DNA from: Diplonema japonicum
Lineage: Eukaryota; Protista; Euglenozoa: Diplonemea
DNA: 64,000 nt
Reading direction: 5' to 3'
Assembly: GCA_964019335.1 (NCBI GenBank)
Contig: OZ025670.1
Span: 634,221-698,220 of the forward strand
The notes beneath the pieces were generated by a model. That model searched no databases. It was not told the DNA's origin and saw only the letters and a list, made by a program, of their open reading frames with translations. This document shows, one piece after another, positions 12,143-23,571 of this stretch. Within the stretch, counting starts at the first letter, position 1. Each line of letters starts with the position of its first letter. The position numbers were made by a program, and so were the translations under genes.

Positions 12143-13127
12143 ATGGCAAAGCAGCAGACGAAGAACAACAAGCCCATCAAAGAGCCGGTATGCTTCGTCA
12201 CCACAACAACTCACGCAGACCAAGCCGGCTACTCCTGCTGACACGACACCGACGCCTGCCCCTGTCCAGAAGCCCTCTGTGGTGCCTCTCTTCGGGAGGA
12301 GCACTGACGTCATCCTGAGTGGTCTTTACTGCGCTCTTGGTGTTTCCTCTTTGTTCGCCCTTTTTGCAGGCTGCAAAGGGCAGGGCCCCAAGCACCATCC
12401 TCTTGTGGCCCCTGCCTGTGACTACGTTGCGCACATCTCGCTGGCGACTCCTTTGGAGCTGCGGGCCCTGTGGTACAAAGATGTGTACGCGTCTGCCCAC
12501 TCTGCGAATGAGTTCGTATGTCAAGCTTTCTCTTTTACGCAACACAGCTGCACTTTGCCTACTGCCTGAACAACATCATCTTCGCTCTCCCTTTGTCACT
12601 TGTGATGATTGTGGGTGCCAAGGGCAACGCCTTCCAGAAGCAAGCCATCATGCACGGGAGCATCCATCTCCTGCTGAGCGCCTTCTACTTCGCTGTCGGC
12701 TCTGCTGCCGTTGCCGAGAAGCAGCACGTCTTTGACGCTGCGTACATGGCGCAGATCGTTGTGCCCCTTCTGTTCCTGCACCGCTGGTGGGGCGAGAATG
12801 TGTTCTCTGCTGCATCCCTCAAGTGCTCGGGCTTCCTGTGCGCCATCACGCACTTCTTCGTTGTCCTTGCTGTCTTGAGCGGCCTCGGATTTGTGCTGGT
12901 CACTGTGTACGAGTGGGCCATCGACTCCCACAAAGACTTCAAGGGCTACCAGCGTGTGTCGCCCCACTTCGAGGTTTACACGAAGGTTGCCGCTGGACAT
13001 GCAAAGGATGCCGGTGAGCAGCTGAACGCTAAGTTGCAGGAGCTTGGCAAGGTATGCTTGCATCTTGTTATCCTACAATACACCTCAGACCGTCATCGAG
13101 CAGGTCAACGCTCTCACACAGAAGTAG
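12143..13127 (+). CDS. Multi-pass membrane hypothetical protein; introns 12188-12218, 12516-12547, 13052-13088
   Basis: Three GTATG..CAG introns join separate ORF-track fragments into one open frame. Several hydrophobic helices. Confidence 0.75.
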
Positions 13128-13539
13128 GCGCATCTGCCCTGTGCTTCTTTGTTATTTTCGTCTCACTCGAGTGTACAACGCATGAATAACTTAAAAGATT
13201 GAAAAAGAAAACAAGGTTTCTCATCTCACTTTTCTCTTCTCCCTTGTTTCTTTTTTTTTTTTTTTTTTTTTTCTTTTTTTTTTTTTTGCATATTTTTCTC
13301 CGAAGATGTTGCGCATAGTACAAGAGGTAGGTGGCGCACATAATTTAGCTCCATACCAGTGTTATGAATGGTTATTATTATTTTTTTTTAAACACACTGC
13401 ATGAGGATCTACGAAGCCCGTGCAGAAAAGACAAAAGCTTCCCTCACGTTATTATTATTTCTTTCTATAAAGTGCTCTTTTTTATATCTTCAGATTTTTG
13501 TAACTGTTCACAAGGCGCATATAAAAGAAGACAAAAATA

Positions 13540-14954
13540 ATGAATGTCGAGGCTTGCCGCCAGCTGCATGAAGACATTGAGAGGAACACGGAGGAGATAG
13601 TGGCAGAGCTCACGTACGGGACGCGAGGCTCGCACAGGCAGAAGACCATTCATGAGCACTTCTTGAATGACACCATCAATACAATGCGTGACAAAAAGCG
13701 GAAGCTGATTGAGATATACAGGGAGTATGAGAAGGAGTCAAAGGAGCCAGTGCCACTGAGCACTGTCGAGAACCAGTTTTACACAGACTTGGCCAACCTC
13801 AAAGAATACCACAGGAAGTTCTCGAAGCTCACGCATGAGGAGGTATGACTGCAAACAAAACAATCTCATTCGTACAGCCGCCTCTGAACAGGCCTGACCC
13901 GGACAACTTTGCTATCAGATTCAGCGGCGAGGAGGGTTTCGGGAGGTACCTTGACATGCACCATCTATACAACATGTTCATGGCACTGCCTTTCAACTAC
14001 GAAACGACGGAGGCGAAGGACAAGGCTGGGTACCAGGCGCTGGTGGGGCTGAAAGTGCGGAGCATTGATTACTACGATTGGGTGAAGATGTGCACCATGT
14101 TTCACAACCTCCCCATCAAGAGCAAGAACCAGCAGTACAAGGAATACCTCGAGGCGATGCTCAAATATCTTACCGAGTTCTACTCGAAGGCGCAGCCACT
14201 GGCCATGGACGCTGCAGACGTGATCAAGGAAGGTGACGAGAACTTCGAAAGCAGATGGGGCACAGACGGGGTGCTGGGGTGGGAACACACGAAGCCCAAG
14301 ACAATCCCGACCGACAAGAAGCTCACCAAAGGTGAGCGGGTGTGGGTGTTCCAAAGGTCTGTCGCACGGCTTGAGGAGCTAGTGCAACGTTTCTACGACA
14401 TGTTGGGTGACTATGTGCAGCAGACGCTTGCCATGCTTGACAGAAAGGAAACCAGGTCTAAGGAGGAGCTCGATGCTGAAGTAGAGAGAGAGGAAGAGGA
14501 AGCTAAGAAGATGTACGAAGCACGCTTCGGCACTACAAAGGTAGAAGAAGAGGAGAAGGATAACATTGTGCCTTCCCTTCAGAATGCGAAGAACCTCCCT
14601 GTAGGTTATGACGGGGCACCCATCCCCTTCTGGCTGTACAGGCTTCACGGCCTCAACATGAAATACACCTGTGAGATCTGCAGAGGGTACACATACGTGG
14701 GCCCCAAGGCGTTTGACAAGCACTTCCAAGAGGCACGCCACGCACACGGCATGCAGTGCCTCCGTATCCCCAACACAAGACACTTCCATCACGTGACGCA
14801 GATCAACGACGCCATAGCCATATGGAAGAAGATCAAGACAGACGCCCTCGAAAAGCAGTGGAATGCTGACAACGAGCAGGAGTTTGAAGACAGCGAAGGG
14901 CACGTCTTCAATAAGAAGACACGTGACGACATGAGACGCCAGGGCCTGATGTGA
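13540..14954 (+). CDS. SF3A3: Splicing factor 3A subunit 3 (Prp9/SAP61); intron 13843-13877
   Basis: Motifs FSGEEGFGRYLDMH, NLPVGYDGAPIPFWLYRLHGL, YTCEIC..YVGPKAFDKHFQEARHAHGMQCL and EFEDSEG. Confidence 0.95.
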
Positions 14955-15022
14955 TCAACATTTAGTGTCAGAAGTGTTTGCTTAGTTTTTTTAATGCACA
15001 ATATGCAGCCACACAGGTTATT

Positions 15023-17299
15023 ATGCCTCCCAAAGCTAAGCCTAAGCCTAAGCCCAAGCCAAAGAGCAAGCGAAGTGCTTCGTGTAAAATCCCTCTCCCG
15101 GCTGAACTACCGCCGCCAGAGCCTTTGGCCAAGAAACCGCGTCGAAGCTATCTGTTTAAAGAGAACGGGTGCCTCATGGACGGCTTGACATTAAGGCCGC
15201 TCAAAGCGAAGGATGTGAGGTTTGCTTTTCGCATGTTCAAGAAGAATGAGGAACGACACACGGAGAATACCAAGTCGCTCATGCAAGGGTTCAAAGAGCA
15301 CGAGGCACGCGAACTGAAGAAAAGGCTAAAGCTGCTGCGTGAGGGGGATGATGAAGCGTACAAGATGATGCTCGCAAACTCTTCTGACGACAGGTACAAG
15401 GTCATCGCGGAGAAGACAGACAGTATCCTAGAGTCGCTGGGCATCAAAAAAGAGAACATGGACTTCGAGGTGCTACCGCAGCCGGCTGTGTTCATCGGTG
15501 TCGTCTTGAAGCCCTACCAGCTAGAGGGGATGTCGTGGATGTATAACAATTACAAGAAGGGGCTCAGCTGTGTCCTCGCAGATGAGATGGGCCTCGGCAA
15601 GACAGCACAGACCATTGCATTGATGTGTCTTGTGGACACTGAACAGCAGTACAAGCACTTGGTGGTGGCACCTCTCAGCACATTAGATAACTGGGTAGCT
15701 GAGTTTAAGAGAATGGCTCCCCACTACAACGTGCTGAAGTATCACGGTCCCAAGGCAGCCAGACGAGAGCTCAGTGCAAGGATAGCAAAAGGGAGCTTCG
15801 ACGTTGTAGTGACACAGTATGCTACGCTGCAGAACATCAGGTTGAGCGATATGCTCAAGACGCTGCAGAGGGTCGATTGGAGGTACGTCATTGTTGATGA
15901 AGGGCACAAGTTGAACAACACGCAGACAACCTTCAGCAAGAACGTCCGTAGTTTGGCGGCACCACGCAGGCTCCTGCTCACAGGCACCCCTTTGCAGAAC
16001 GATGTGTTGGAGCTGTGGGCGCTGCTTAACTTCCTGATGCCAGTGCTGTTCCCCAAGTCGGTGAGCTTCGATGAGTGGTTCACGGTGGACAAGAAGGTGC
16101 AAACAGAGGAAGAAAAGCTCCTCCTCGCCAGACGTTTACATGGCTTGTTGCGTCCGTTCCTGCTGAGACGCGAGAAGAATAACGTACTCACACAGCTCGC
16201 GAGAAAGAAGGTCCACACGGTGCACGTGGCACTGACCCCCATGCAGCGTCTGCTGTACTCACAAGCTGTTGAACACAAGGTGATCGGACCTATGATGCAC
16301 GAAGAGACGACATCCTTAGAACAGACGTCATACATGACGTTGAGGAAGATATGCAACCACCCGTACCTGGTATTGCCAGGAAGGATTCCTCTTTCCTTTT
16401 ACAACCAGTACCTTGTGTCATGTTCCGGGAAATTGCGCGTACTGAGCAGGATCCTCACAAGGCTAAAGGTCACACATCACAAATGTCTGGTCTTCACGCA
16501 GTTCACAAGTGTACTGAATGTGCTAGAGGATTTCTTTGACTCTGCATTTGGCTGGTCGGTAGGTAAGGAGTTTTGCAGGCTGGACGGCTCTGTGGCTTTG
16601 GACAGTAGGAGGGAAGAGATTGATAGGTTTCAAACCTGTGACGAGTGCCACGTGTTTATTCTCAGTACACGTGCAGGAGGACAGGGCATCAACCTGCAGG
16701 CGGCAGACACTGTTGTGTTCTTCGACATGGACTGGAACCCCATGCAGGACATGCAAGCCACTGCCAGAGCGCATCGCTTGGGGCAACTGAACGAGGTGAG
16801 GATTTTCAGGCTGCTTACAGGAGCGCCTGTGGAGCAGCACATGCACGACGTAGCGGAGGAAAAGGTGGAGTACGAGGCTCTGGCCATCAAGGCAGGGATG
16901 TACGACCAGAAGTCGACACTTGGACAGCGAGACCAGAGGATGAAGGAGGTACTTCAAATGCACGCCAATAATGACAGTGCCGACGTGACAGCTGATGAAG
17001 AACTGGACAAAATGCTTGCAAGGAACGACAAGGACCTCGAGTTGTTTGCGCAGATAAGAGACGAGACGGTGCTCTTGGCAGAGGTCCCTAGCTTGTTTGC
17101 TGAAGCACAAGAACGAGCCATTGTGAGGAACAACAATAACAAGCCTCTGACTATGAAGGAGATGGCTGCGATAAAGCTACCGCCGAGAAGAGGTAACCGA
17201 ACAAATCAGGACAACAACAACGTGACCTATCCCGGATTGGGACTCGTTGCTTACGCGGACGAGTCGAGCGACACCAGCAGCAGCAGCAGCAGTGAATAG
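15023..17299 (+). CDS. SNF2-family chromatin-remodelling ATPase, SNF2/BRM-like
   Basis: Helicase motifs LADEMGLGKT, IVDEGH, LLTGTPLQN, LSTRAGGQGINL, DMDWNP and ARAHRLGQ. Post-HSA-like segment LKLLREGDDEAYKMML..KTDSILESL. Confidence 0.9.
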   Translation: MPPKAKPKPKPKPKSKRSASCKIPLPAELPPPEPLAKKPRRSYLFKENGCLMDGLTLRPLKAKDVRFAFRMFKKNEERHTENTKSLMQGFKEHEARELKKRLKLLREGDDEAYKMMLANSSDDRYKVIAEKTDSILESLGIKKENMDFEVLPQPAVFIGVVLKPYQLEGMSWMYNNYKKGLSCVLADEMGLGKTAQTIALMCLVDTEQQYKHLVVAPLSTLDNWVAEFKRMAPHYNVLKYHGPKAARRELSARIAKGSFDVVVTQYATLQNIRLSDMLKTLQRVDWRYVIVDEGHKLNNTQTTFSKNVRSLAAPRRLLLTGTPLQNDVLELWALLNFLMPVLFPKSVSFDEWFTVDKKVQTEEEKLLLARRLHGLLRPFLLRREKNNVLTQLARKKVHTVHVALTPMQRLLYSQAVEHKVIGPMMHEETTSLEQTSYMTLRKICNHPYLVLPGRIPLSFYNQYLVSCSGKLRVLSRILTRLKVTHHKCLVFTQFTSVLNVLEDFFDSAFGWSVGKEFCRLDGSVALDSRREEIDRFQTCDECHVFILSTRAGGQGINLQAADTVVFFDMDWNPMQDMQATARAHRLGQLNEVRIFRLLTGAPVEQHMHDVAEEKVEYEALAIKAGMYDQKSTLGQRDQRMKEVLQMHANNDSADVTADEELDKMLARNDKDLELFAQIRDETVLLAEVPSLFAEAQERAIVRNNNNKPLTMKEMAAIKLPPRRGNRTNQDNNNVTYPGLGLVAYADESSDTSSSSSSE

Positions 17300-17388
17300 C
17301 AGTGCCACACACGGCCTGACATCTCTCATTTTACACCTTTATTTCGTTGTTTGAGGTGTTGTGTTACCACTGCAGGTTTAGCAATAAA

Positions 17389-18146
17389 ATGTCAGCAGCG
17401 GCAGATGCCTTCGACGCAACCATGGGGGCAGGGGGCGCCACTATGGAGCTGAGGAAAGATATGATCGCAGGCGTTCTGCTTGGTGGGCTTCTCATCGTTA
17501 TGCTGATGAAGAGGAAGAAGGTAGAGGCGGATGAAGCTGTCCCGAGGTGCGCAGTGTTGACGGTGGATGCTGACTATGATGTGGGGAGCACTACGAACGC
17601 GGCGGTTGCTGAGCTGATGAACACACAGGCGTTCAAGGAGATGAGAAAGACGAAGGTGCAAAAGCTTTCGGTTGCCTACGAGGCCACGAGGAGGAGCCTT
17701 GCCTACGCATCCACAACCATGTGCTTTGTGGGTGGCTTCCTTTTCTACTTGCAAATGTATGTAGTGCTCAGTAACCACACTCTCACCATCTCACCATTCA
17801 CAGTGTCAACTACAAGGTGCGGTACATCAACGCCCAAGAAGCAACACTACCGTGTGTCTTTGCTGGCGTTGCTGCCCACGTTCTCCCTATACTTGGAGTG
17901 GTATGGCCTGACACACACAGCGCAATTCTACAGGATTTCTTTGTCTCATCATACATTGCCTTTGCGGCAAGTGCTTGCCTCCTGGCCAACTATCACATGC
18001 TAGACCTTCCCCACATAGAGATCGCTTCTGGTGTGTGGCTTGTTGTAAGCTGCTTCGTTGTCTCTGTGCTGTTTACAGTGCTCGACTGCGCGGCTGCCAG
18101 CAGGAAGAGTAAGAAGATCTCTGTACTCTACAACAAGCCCAGCTGA
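17389..18146 (+). CDS. Membrane hypothetical protein; introns 17757-17803 and probably 17901-17933
   Basis: A 47-nt GTATG..CACAG intron joins two ORFs. Several transmembrane segments. Confidence 0.65.
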
Positions 18147-18838
18147 GCGAGATGAGCAAGATAAGGAGGACTACGGAAGAAGATGAAAAAAAGAATTACG
18201 AAGAGGAAAAGAGAGTACGCATCGTGCCTTTTTTTTTTATACTTTTATTTCTGTTCTCCCATGTGTTAGAAAAAAGAAAGGGGGGAAAAAAGGCAAATAA
18301 AATAGTTTTTATGTTAAATACACCCACCTCTGACCCCCCCCCCCCCCCCCCCCTATCCAAGGTTGTTTTTTGTCTAAATTCCATGCAACCCACCCACTAC
18401 CCGGATTACTTGCCTCTCTCCCTGTCTGATACCCAACTTTAGATGACCATATTTGGTTTTTTTTTCCTTCTTTTCTTTCTGTCTTTTCTTAGGCCCCTCG
18501 TATATCTTAAGAGCCCATTAGGGGGGCCTTTTTTTTCCAGGCCACTTTCTGGCTTTTATACGAAGCCCAGAAAGTGTTTGCCACGAGCCTGATGTTAATG
18601 GCACCCAGGTTGAGGAAGTCTTTTTCTTCAACTACTTGGGGGATCTAAATTAAAAAAAAAGAACTCCGGGAGAGATTGTAAAAAAGAGGCGGGAAAATAA
18701 AAGGAAAAGAAAAAGCGAGACCCTTTTTTTTTTGGAAGGGCATGTATTGCGGATGTATTAAAAGTACCTGCTTTATTTATTTATTTCTTTTAAACACGAC
18801 CATTCAAAAAAGAAAAAGAGAGAAAAGGAGAGGCAAGA

Positions 18839-19531
18839 ATGCAAATCAAAGTGAAACACGGAAAGGTGAAGGTGGAAGTAGAGGTGGAAGATGGGGGGTC
18901 CGTGCAGGATTTGAAAAAGGGGGTTGAGGAGAAGACGGGGATCCCTGTAGGGAATCAGAAGCTAGTGCTGGCGGGGAAGCAACTGACAGACGGAACAGCG
19001 GGGCTGACAGCAGTAGGGGTGACAGCGAAGAGTGTACTGATGGTGACAGGCTCGACAAATGCGGAGGCGTTGGCAGCAGGGATAAAGCCTGCCGTGGTGC
19101 CGACAATGGTGGCGGCTGTGCAGCAGGAAGCCGGTGTCCCGTTATGTGAAGAGACACAGCACGCCAAGGTGGTGGCGGCAGGGCCACCAGAGACATCTGA
19201 CTTCGACCCTGCGCGTGTTGCCCCCCGCCCCCTACCCATCGATGAGTCATCCAGAGAACCCTTCCTCCGCGACATCATGAACGCCTCCAAGCAGCGGGTC
19301 AGGCTACGTTTGCAGTCCATGAAGTCGCAGCTCACAGTTGCAACGGAGTCCGACATGAAGACCATCCCCTTCGGCAACATATCCCGCATTACCTCTGAGC
19401 CTATCACCTCCCACCCTACCTACCACATCCTCGTTATACACCTTGGCGACTCGGCCAATAGTAAGTTTTACCTGTATTGGTTCCCTGTTCAGTTTGTGCA
19501 AAATCTTAAGAACATTATTTTTGGATTCTAG
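18839..19531 (+). CDS. UBFD1: Ubiquitin family domain-containing protein 1
   Basis: N-terminal ubiquitin-like domain (TGIPVGNQKL), then PLCEETQHAKVV, KQRVRL, SEPITSHPTYHI and FYLYWFPVQFV. Confidence 0.8.
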   Translation: MQIKVKHGKVKVEVEVEDGGSVQDLKKGVEEKTGIPVGNQKLVLAGKQLTDGTAGLTAVGVTAKSVLMVTGSTNAEALAAGIKPAVVPTMVAAVQQEAGVPLCEETQHAKVVAAGPPETSDFDPARVAPRPLPIDESSREPFLRDIMNASKQRVRLRLQSMKSQLTVATESDMKTIPFGNISRITSEPITSHPTYHILVIHLGDSANSKFYLYWFPVQFVQNLKNIIFGF

Positions 19532-19682
19532 CTGAGGGAAAGGGTGTTTTTTTTTTTTTTTCTTTTTTGTTCTGTCCCCCCCGCCCCCACATTTTTTTTC
19601 TCGTATAACAGTACATTATCTGTGCTTCCAGACTGTTCGTTGGCGGCGCAGCTTTAAACCCGCTACTGCGCACATGCAGAAC

Positions 19683-19834
19683 AAGCGCCAGAATAGTTTC
19701 CCTTTTTTCTTTTTTTTCTTTTCTCTTTTTTTTTTTTTTTTTTTTTGCAGTGATTCTTTTTTTTATGGCCCTTAGTATGATCCAAATGAGAAGAAAAGGA
19801 CATATTTTTCAACTATAAGCGCCAGAATAGTTTC
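19683..19834. repeat. 18-bp direct repeat flanking a 116-bp T-rich insert (probable TSD of a short retroposed insertion)
   Basis: aagcgccagaatagtttc occurs at 19683-19700 and 19817-19834. A long T tract follows the left copy. Confidence 0.6.
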
Positions 19835-20092
19835 TTTTAGAATTCTTTTTTTTGGGGGGGGGTGAGAGAGAGAGGGGGGGGGGGGGGGGGGGGGACATAT
19901 CTCGATGGGGCAAACGGCAACAAGAAGATGCGCATGCTAACCTTTGACGCAGCTGCTCTCGTGTTTGGTTTCTCTTTTCTTTCCCTGTGGTTCCCTTTGA
20001 ATTTTAGTAACTTTCTAATTTAAGTCAGTTCTATTTCTCATTGTTTAAAACCCCCCACCACCATCACCAAAAAAAAAGGGCAGTAGCAAAAA

Positions 20093-20786
20093 ATGGGGGC
20101 ATTGTGGAGCAAGTTCACATCCACCTTGGGCTTCGGGAACAAAGAGGTGAGGATATTGATACTGGGGTTGGACAACGCGGGGAAGACTACTATTTTGTAC
20201 AAGCTCCAGCTCGGGGACGTGGTGACGGCGGTTCCAAGTATGTGGAATGAGATTTTTTTTTTTTTGACACCTTGCATCACCTTTCCCACAGCCATTGGTT
20301 TTAACGTGGAAACAATAACCTATAAGAACCTTAGTTTACAGGTGTGGGATTTGGGTGGCCAGACGAGCATACGGCCGTACTGGAGGTGCTACTACTCGAA
20401 TACTGACGCGGTATGACTGCACAAGCCACAAGGTTAATCGTTAATTTTGACACAGATAATATATGTAGTAGACAGTGTTGACAGAGAGAGACTGGGCATC
20501 GCAAAAGAGGAGCTTTTTGCGATGCTGGAAGAGGAGGAGTTGAAGGACTCTGTTCTAGTAGTTTACGCAAACAAGCAAGACATGCCAGGTTTGTTTAGAA
20601 AAAAGAAAATAAGAGATCAAACAAACCTCCTCAGGAGCCATGAATGAAGCAGAAATTTCAGAAGTGCTGGGTCTCAGTGCCATCACCGACAGGCAGTGGC
20701 ACATAAGAAAAACCTCGGCTGCAAAGGGCGAAGGCCTCTTTGAAGGTCTCGACTGGCTGTGCACTGAAATCCAGAATAAGCGATAA
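20093..20786 (+). CDS. ARL1: ADP-ribosylation factor-like protein 1; introns 20238-20291, 20411-20455, 20589-20634
   Basis: N-terminal [19 protein letters not shown] (spliced), [26 protein letters not shown] and TSAAKGEGL. Confidence 0.95.
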
Positions 20787-21296
20787 ACACGATTTTATTT
20801 CCCCTCCTTTTTTTTGGAAAGGGGGGGGGGGGGGGGGGTAGATAAGACGGCCAAAACAGGAGCTCCTTTATCTCATCTCCCCCTTTTTTTTTTGCCACTT
20901 TTTTTTTTCTTCTTAAACAGAAGAGAGGGGGAAAATAAGCTGCTTTTTTTTTACCCCTCTTCTTTTTTTCGCCATTTTTATCCTGTTATGTTTTGTGGTA
21001 CATATGAAAGTAGGGCGGTGGGTGCCATCTAGCCTCAGTGTTAAGTCTTCTTTCCAAGTGGTTTGCTTAGTAAGTAAGAGTGTCTGCTAGGCATCATGGC
21101 GGTCGCCTTTGATGCCAATCATTCTTTTACAAACTCCGAGAGCGTCAGGGGGTTGGTTGGGGTGGCGCAGTAGTGTGCTTATGATGTTATTCTTCTTTTT
21201 TTCCATTTGTTTTTTTCTTTCCTACAGCTCCCCCAGTTTTTTCTTTTCTTCCTCCCAATTATAATTCCCCCAGCTCCCCTCACTTTAAGGCTTGCA

Positions 21297-21755
21297 ATGA
21301 ACGACATGCTTCGCAAGTTGCTGTGGATGGCCCTAGCTGCATTCGTGGCTGTGCAGTACGGGATGATGTATGCTATGGTGGTGTATTTTGTGTTTATGAA
21401 GACGGAGAACGCGGGCCCGATGGTGAAAGATTGGAAGAAGGTTCTACACTTCGAGGGAACGAATGAGGAATTTAATGTGCTGCTAACCAACAAGAGCTCG
21501 TTGGTGGTTGTTGACTTCTATGCTACATGGTGCCCCCCTTGCAGAAGCCTTGCACCCAAGTTAGCAGACTTGTCAGAGCAGCATCTGGACGTTACTTTCG
21601 TAGGTATCAATGCTGACAACGCACGCGACTTGGCTGCACAATACGAGGTGAGCTGCTACCCGACTCTGAAGTTCGTGAAAGACTCCAAGGTCCTCCACAC
21701 TGTGCAGGGTGCGGACATTAACCAGATCGTCGACACCATCAACCGCTTGAAGTAG
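21297..21755 (+). CDS. Thioredoxin with an N-terminal hydrophobic anchor
   Basis: VVVDFYATWCPPC active site, YPT motif, VQGAD. Confidence 0.9.
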   Translation: MNDMLRKLLWMALAAFVAVQYGMMYAMVVYFVFMKTENAGPMVKDWKKVLHFEGTNEEFNVLLTNKSSLVVVDFYATWCPPCRSLAPKLADLSEQHLDVTFVGINADNARDLAAQYEVSCYPTLKFVKDSKVLHTVQGADINQIVDTINRLK

Positions 21756-21832
21756 ACTGTGGACTCATGATATGTTATCTGACCCTCTGTCTTACTGTCT
21801 TATGTCCTCTCAGGTTCTTTAGAAAATAAAGA

Positions 21833-22187
21833 ATGGCGGATGCTAATGCAACGAGCGAGGTGAAGATGCCCACCACAATAGAAGACTTGCCTGGGAGACG
21901 GCCGAACCATCCGTTGTACCGAACGGCGAACTCGGAGTATGGGAAGTATGTCAATCACTTAACAAGCGTCACACTGCACAGGGGGATTGATGAACAAAAG
22001 GAACCTGTTAGAGTTACGGGGAGGAAAGGCTGCTTCACTAAAGGGTTTGTGGGAGGCCCAGCACGCGATTGTGGCTTCAACGTCTCGATGGACAAGTCAA
22101 AGGTATGCTTCCTCTTCTGAGTGCAGCCACATGCAGGTTGCGAAGAACCCCGGTGCTATAGGACAGGCTCCAAGTCCACTTCTATAA
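21833..22187 (+). CDS. PIERCE1/2-like (UPF0691) axonemal microtubule-inner protein; introns 21946-21981, 22103-22136
   Basis: NHPLYRTANSEYG..FTKGF..G..RDCGFNVSMDKSKV pattern. Confidence 0.7.
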
Positions 22188-22208
22188 TTATTGTTTTTTT
22201 TTTTTTTT

Positions 22209-23480
22209 GGCACGGGGTCCATCCCAATGGGGCCAGTAGGCAACCTGATCTGTCGGTGGCTCCCCTACATAGGGTGGAGTTGGACGCAGCTGCTAGACTG
22301 TAGGAACAAACCCTGGGCCGAGCGCGGGCACGCCTTTAGGGACGCGGTGAGGAAAGCCCGGAGCAGGTCACTGGCGAACGAAAGAAGCACAGTGAAGGGG
22401 ATGGAGGCGGGAGCGGATCCCGAAACCAATCAACTGTGGAAGACAGCCAAGGACCCACTCATGTCCTACTGCCTGAGACGGGTGATAACCGGAGGGGTCC
22501 CCTACCTAAGCCCGCATGCAGGTACGAGTCAAAGGAGCGTCCCCCTGGCACCAGAAGGAGATGGCACCGAGGAAGACGGGGACAGCATAGACCACGTCCC
22601 AACGACGGAAGTACCACGCACACAAGGGTTCAGGTGTGACCTGTGTGAGTCACCACACCCGGACACGGTAACCCTACTCCGCCATCAGCTCTACGAGTGT
22701 GCCTGCGCGGGACGAGCTGGCACAGGACGGTTTGGAACCGCTGCGCGACAGGACGGGATGGCCCCTGTGTCTTGAGCTACACGCAATACTGCCGAGAGGA
22801 CATGCCTTTGCATACCTGGAAAAGCTGCAACGATACTTGGCCGTGGTGGTTGAGAAGCGGGACGTGGAGCTCATGCAGAAGGAGGACGTCAACACACAGC
22901 CGCTACCGTGGGAACGAAATGTAGTAGGAAAGAGATGCCCCGTTCCGATAGCAGGCGAGCTCGAAGGAGTGGGTGGGGTCCTGTCCCAGTACCTGAACCC
23001 GCTGCTACAATGGTTGTCACAGCTGCGCTGGGTGGAGAAGGACACCACCTCGGAGGTGTCGGCGGTGGAGCTAGCCATTGACTTCGAATGGACGACCGGT
23101 AAATCATTAGGAGGCCTGCTGGAAGATAGGGCACGCAGAATCAAGGCCCTAATCGTAAAGTTAAACGCAGCGTGCAGGGCACGGAAGAAGCGACGCCCCT
23201 TCCCAGCGGATGAACAGAAAAGGGTGAAGTCCCTCATCGCCATAGGAGGAAAGGCAGCTGTAGGCTTCTCCAGGAGGCCCATTTTTGCTACCCAGTCCAC
23301 GCACGACAAGCTGATGGATTTGAAGGCCGCCTACAAGCGGGATCGCATCACTCGACTTCGCAAGACGCTCACGGCCTCGATCGGGATGAAAGCGATGCTC
23401 CAGAAGGGGAGTATTAACAGGTAGACCCCCCTCCTCCCATAGGGCGGCCCTCTAGCGGGGGGCTTGTCCTGTACTTTGAG
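22209..23480 (+). mobile_element. 5'-truncated, frameshifted non-LTR retrotransposon 3' fragment between T tracts
   Basis: GC-rich, intronless block starting abruptly after a long T run. Encodes LRRVITGG, a CDLC..H...C zinc knuckle and, in another frame, WPLCL..AILP, resembling post-RT LINE regions. Confidence 0.55.
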
Positions 23481-23571
23481 TTTTTTTTCTTCTTCTGTTT
23501 AATTGGTATTTCAAGGTCGCGTTGCGTTACCATGAACAGCACAGGAATCATGAGATGACAGTGCAGTTGCC

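Noticed and set aside
18150-21250. Long poly-C, poly-G and poly-T runs and the small ORFs over them
   Set aside because: Low-complexity intergenic sequence with no supportable function, and homopolymer lengths may be unreliable.
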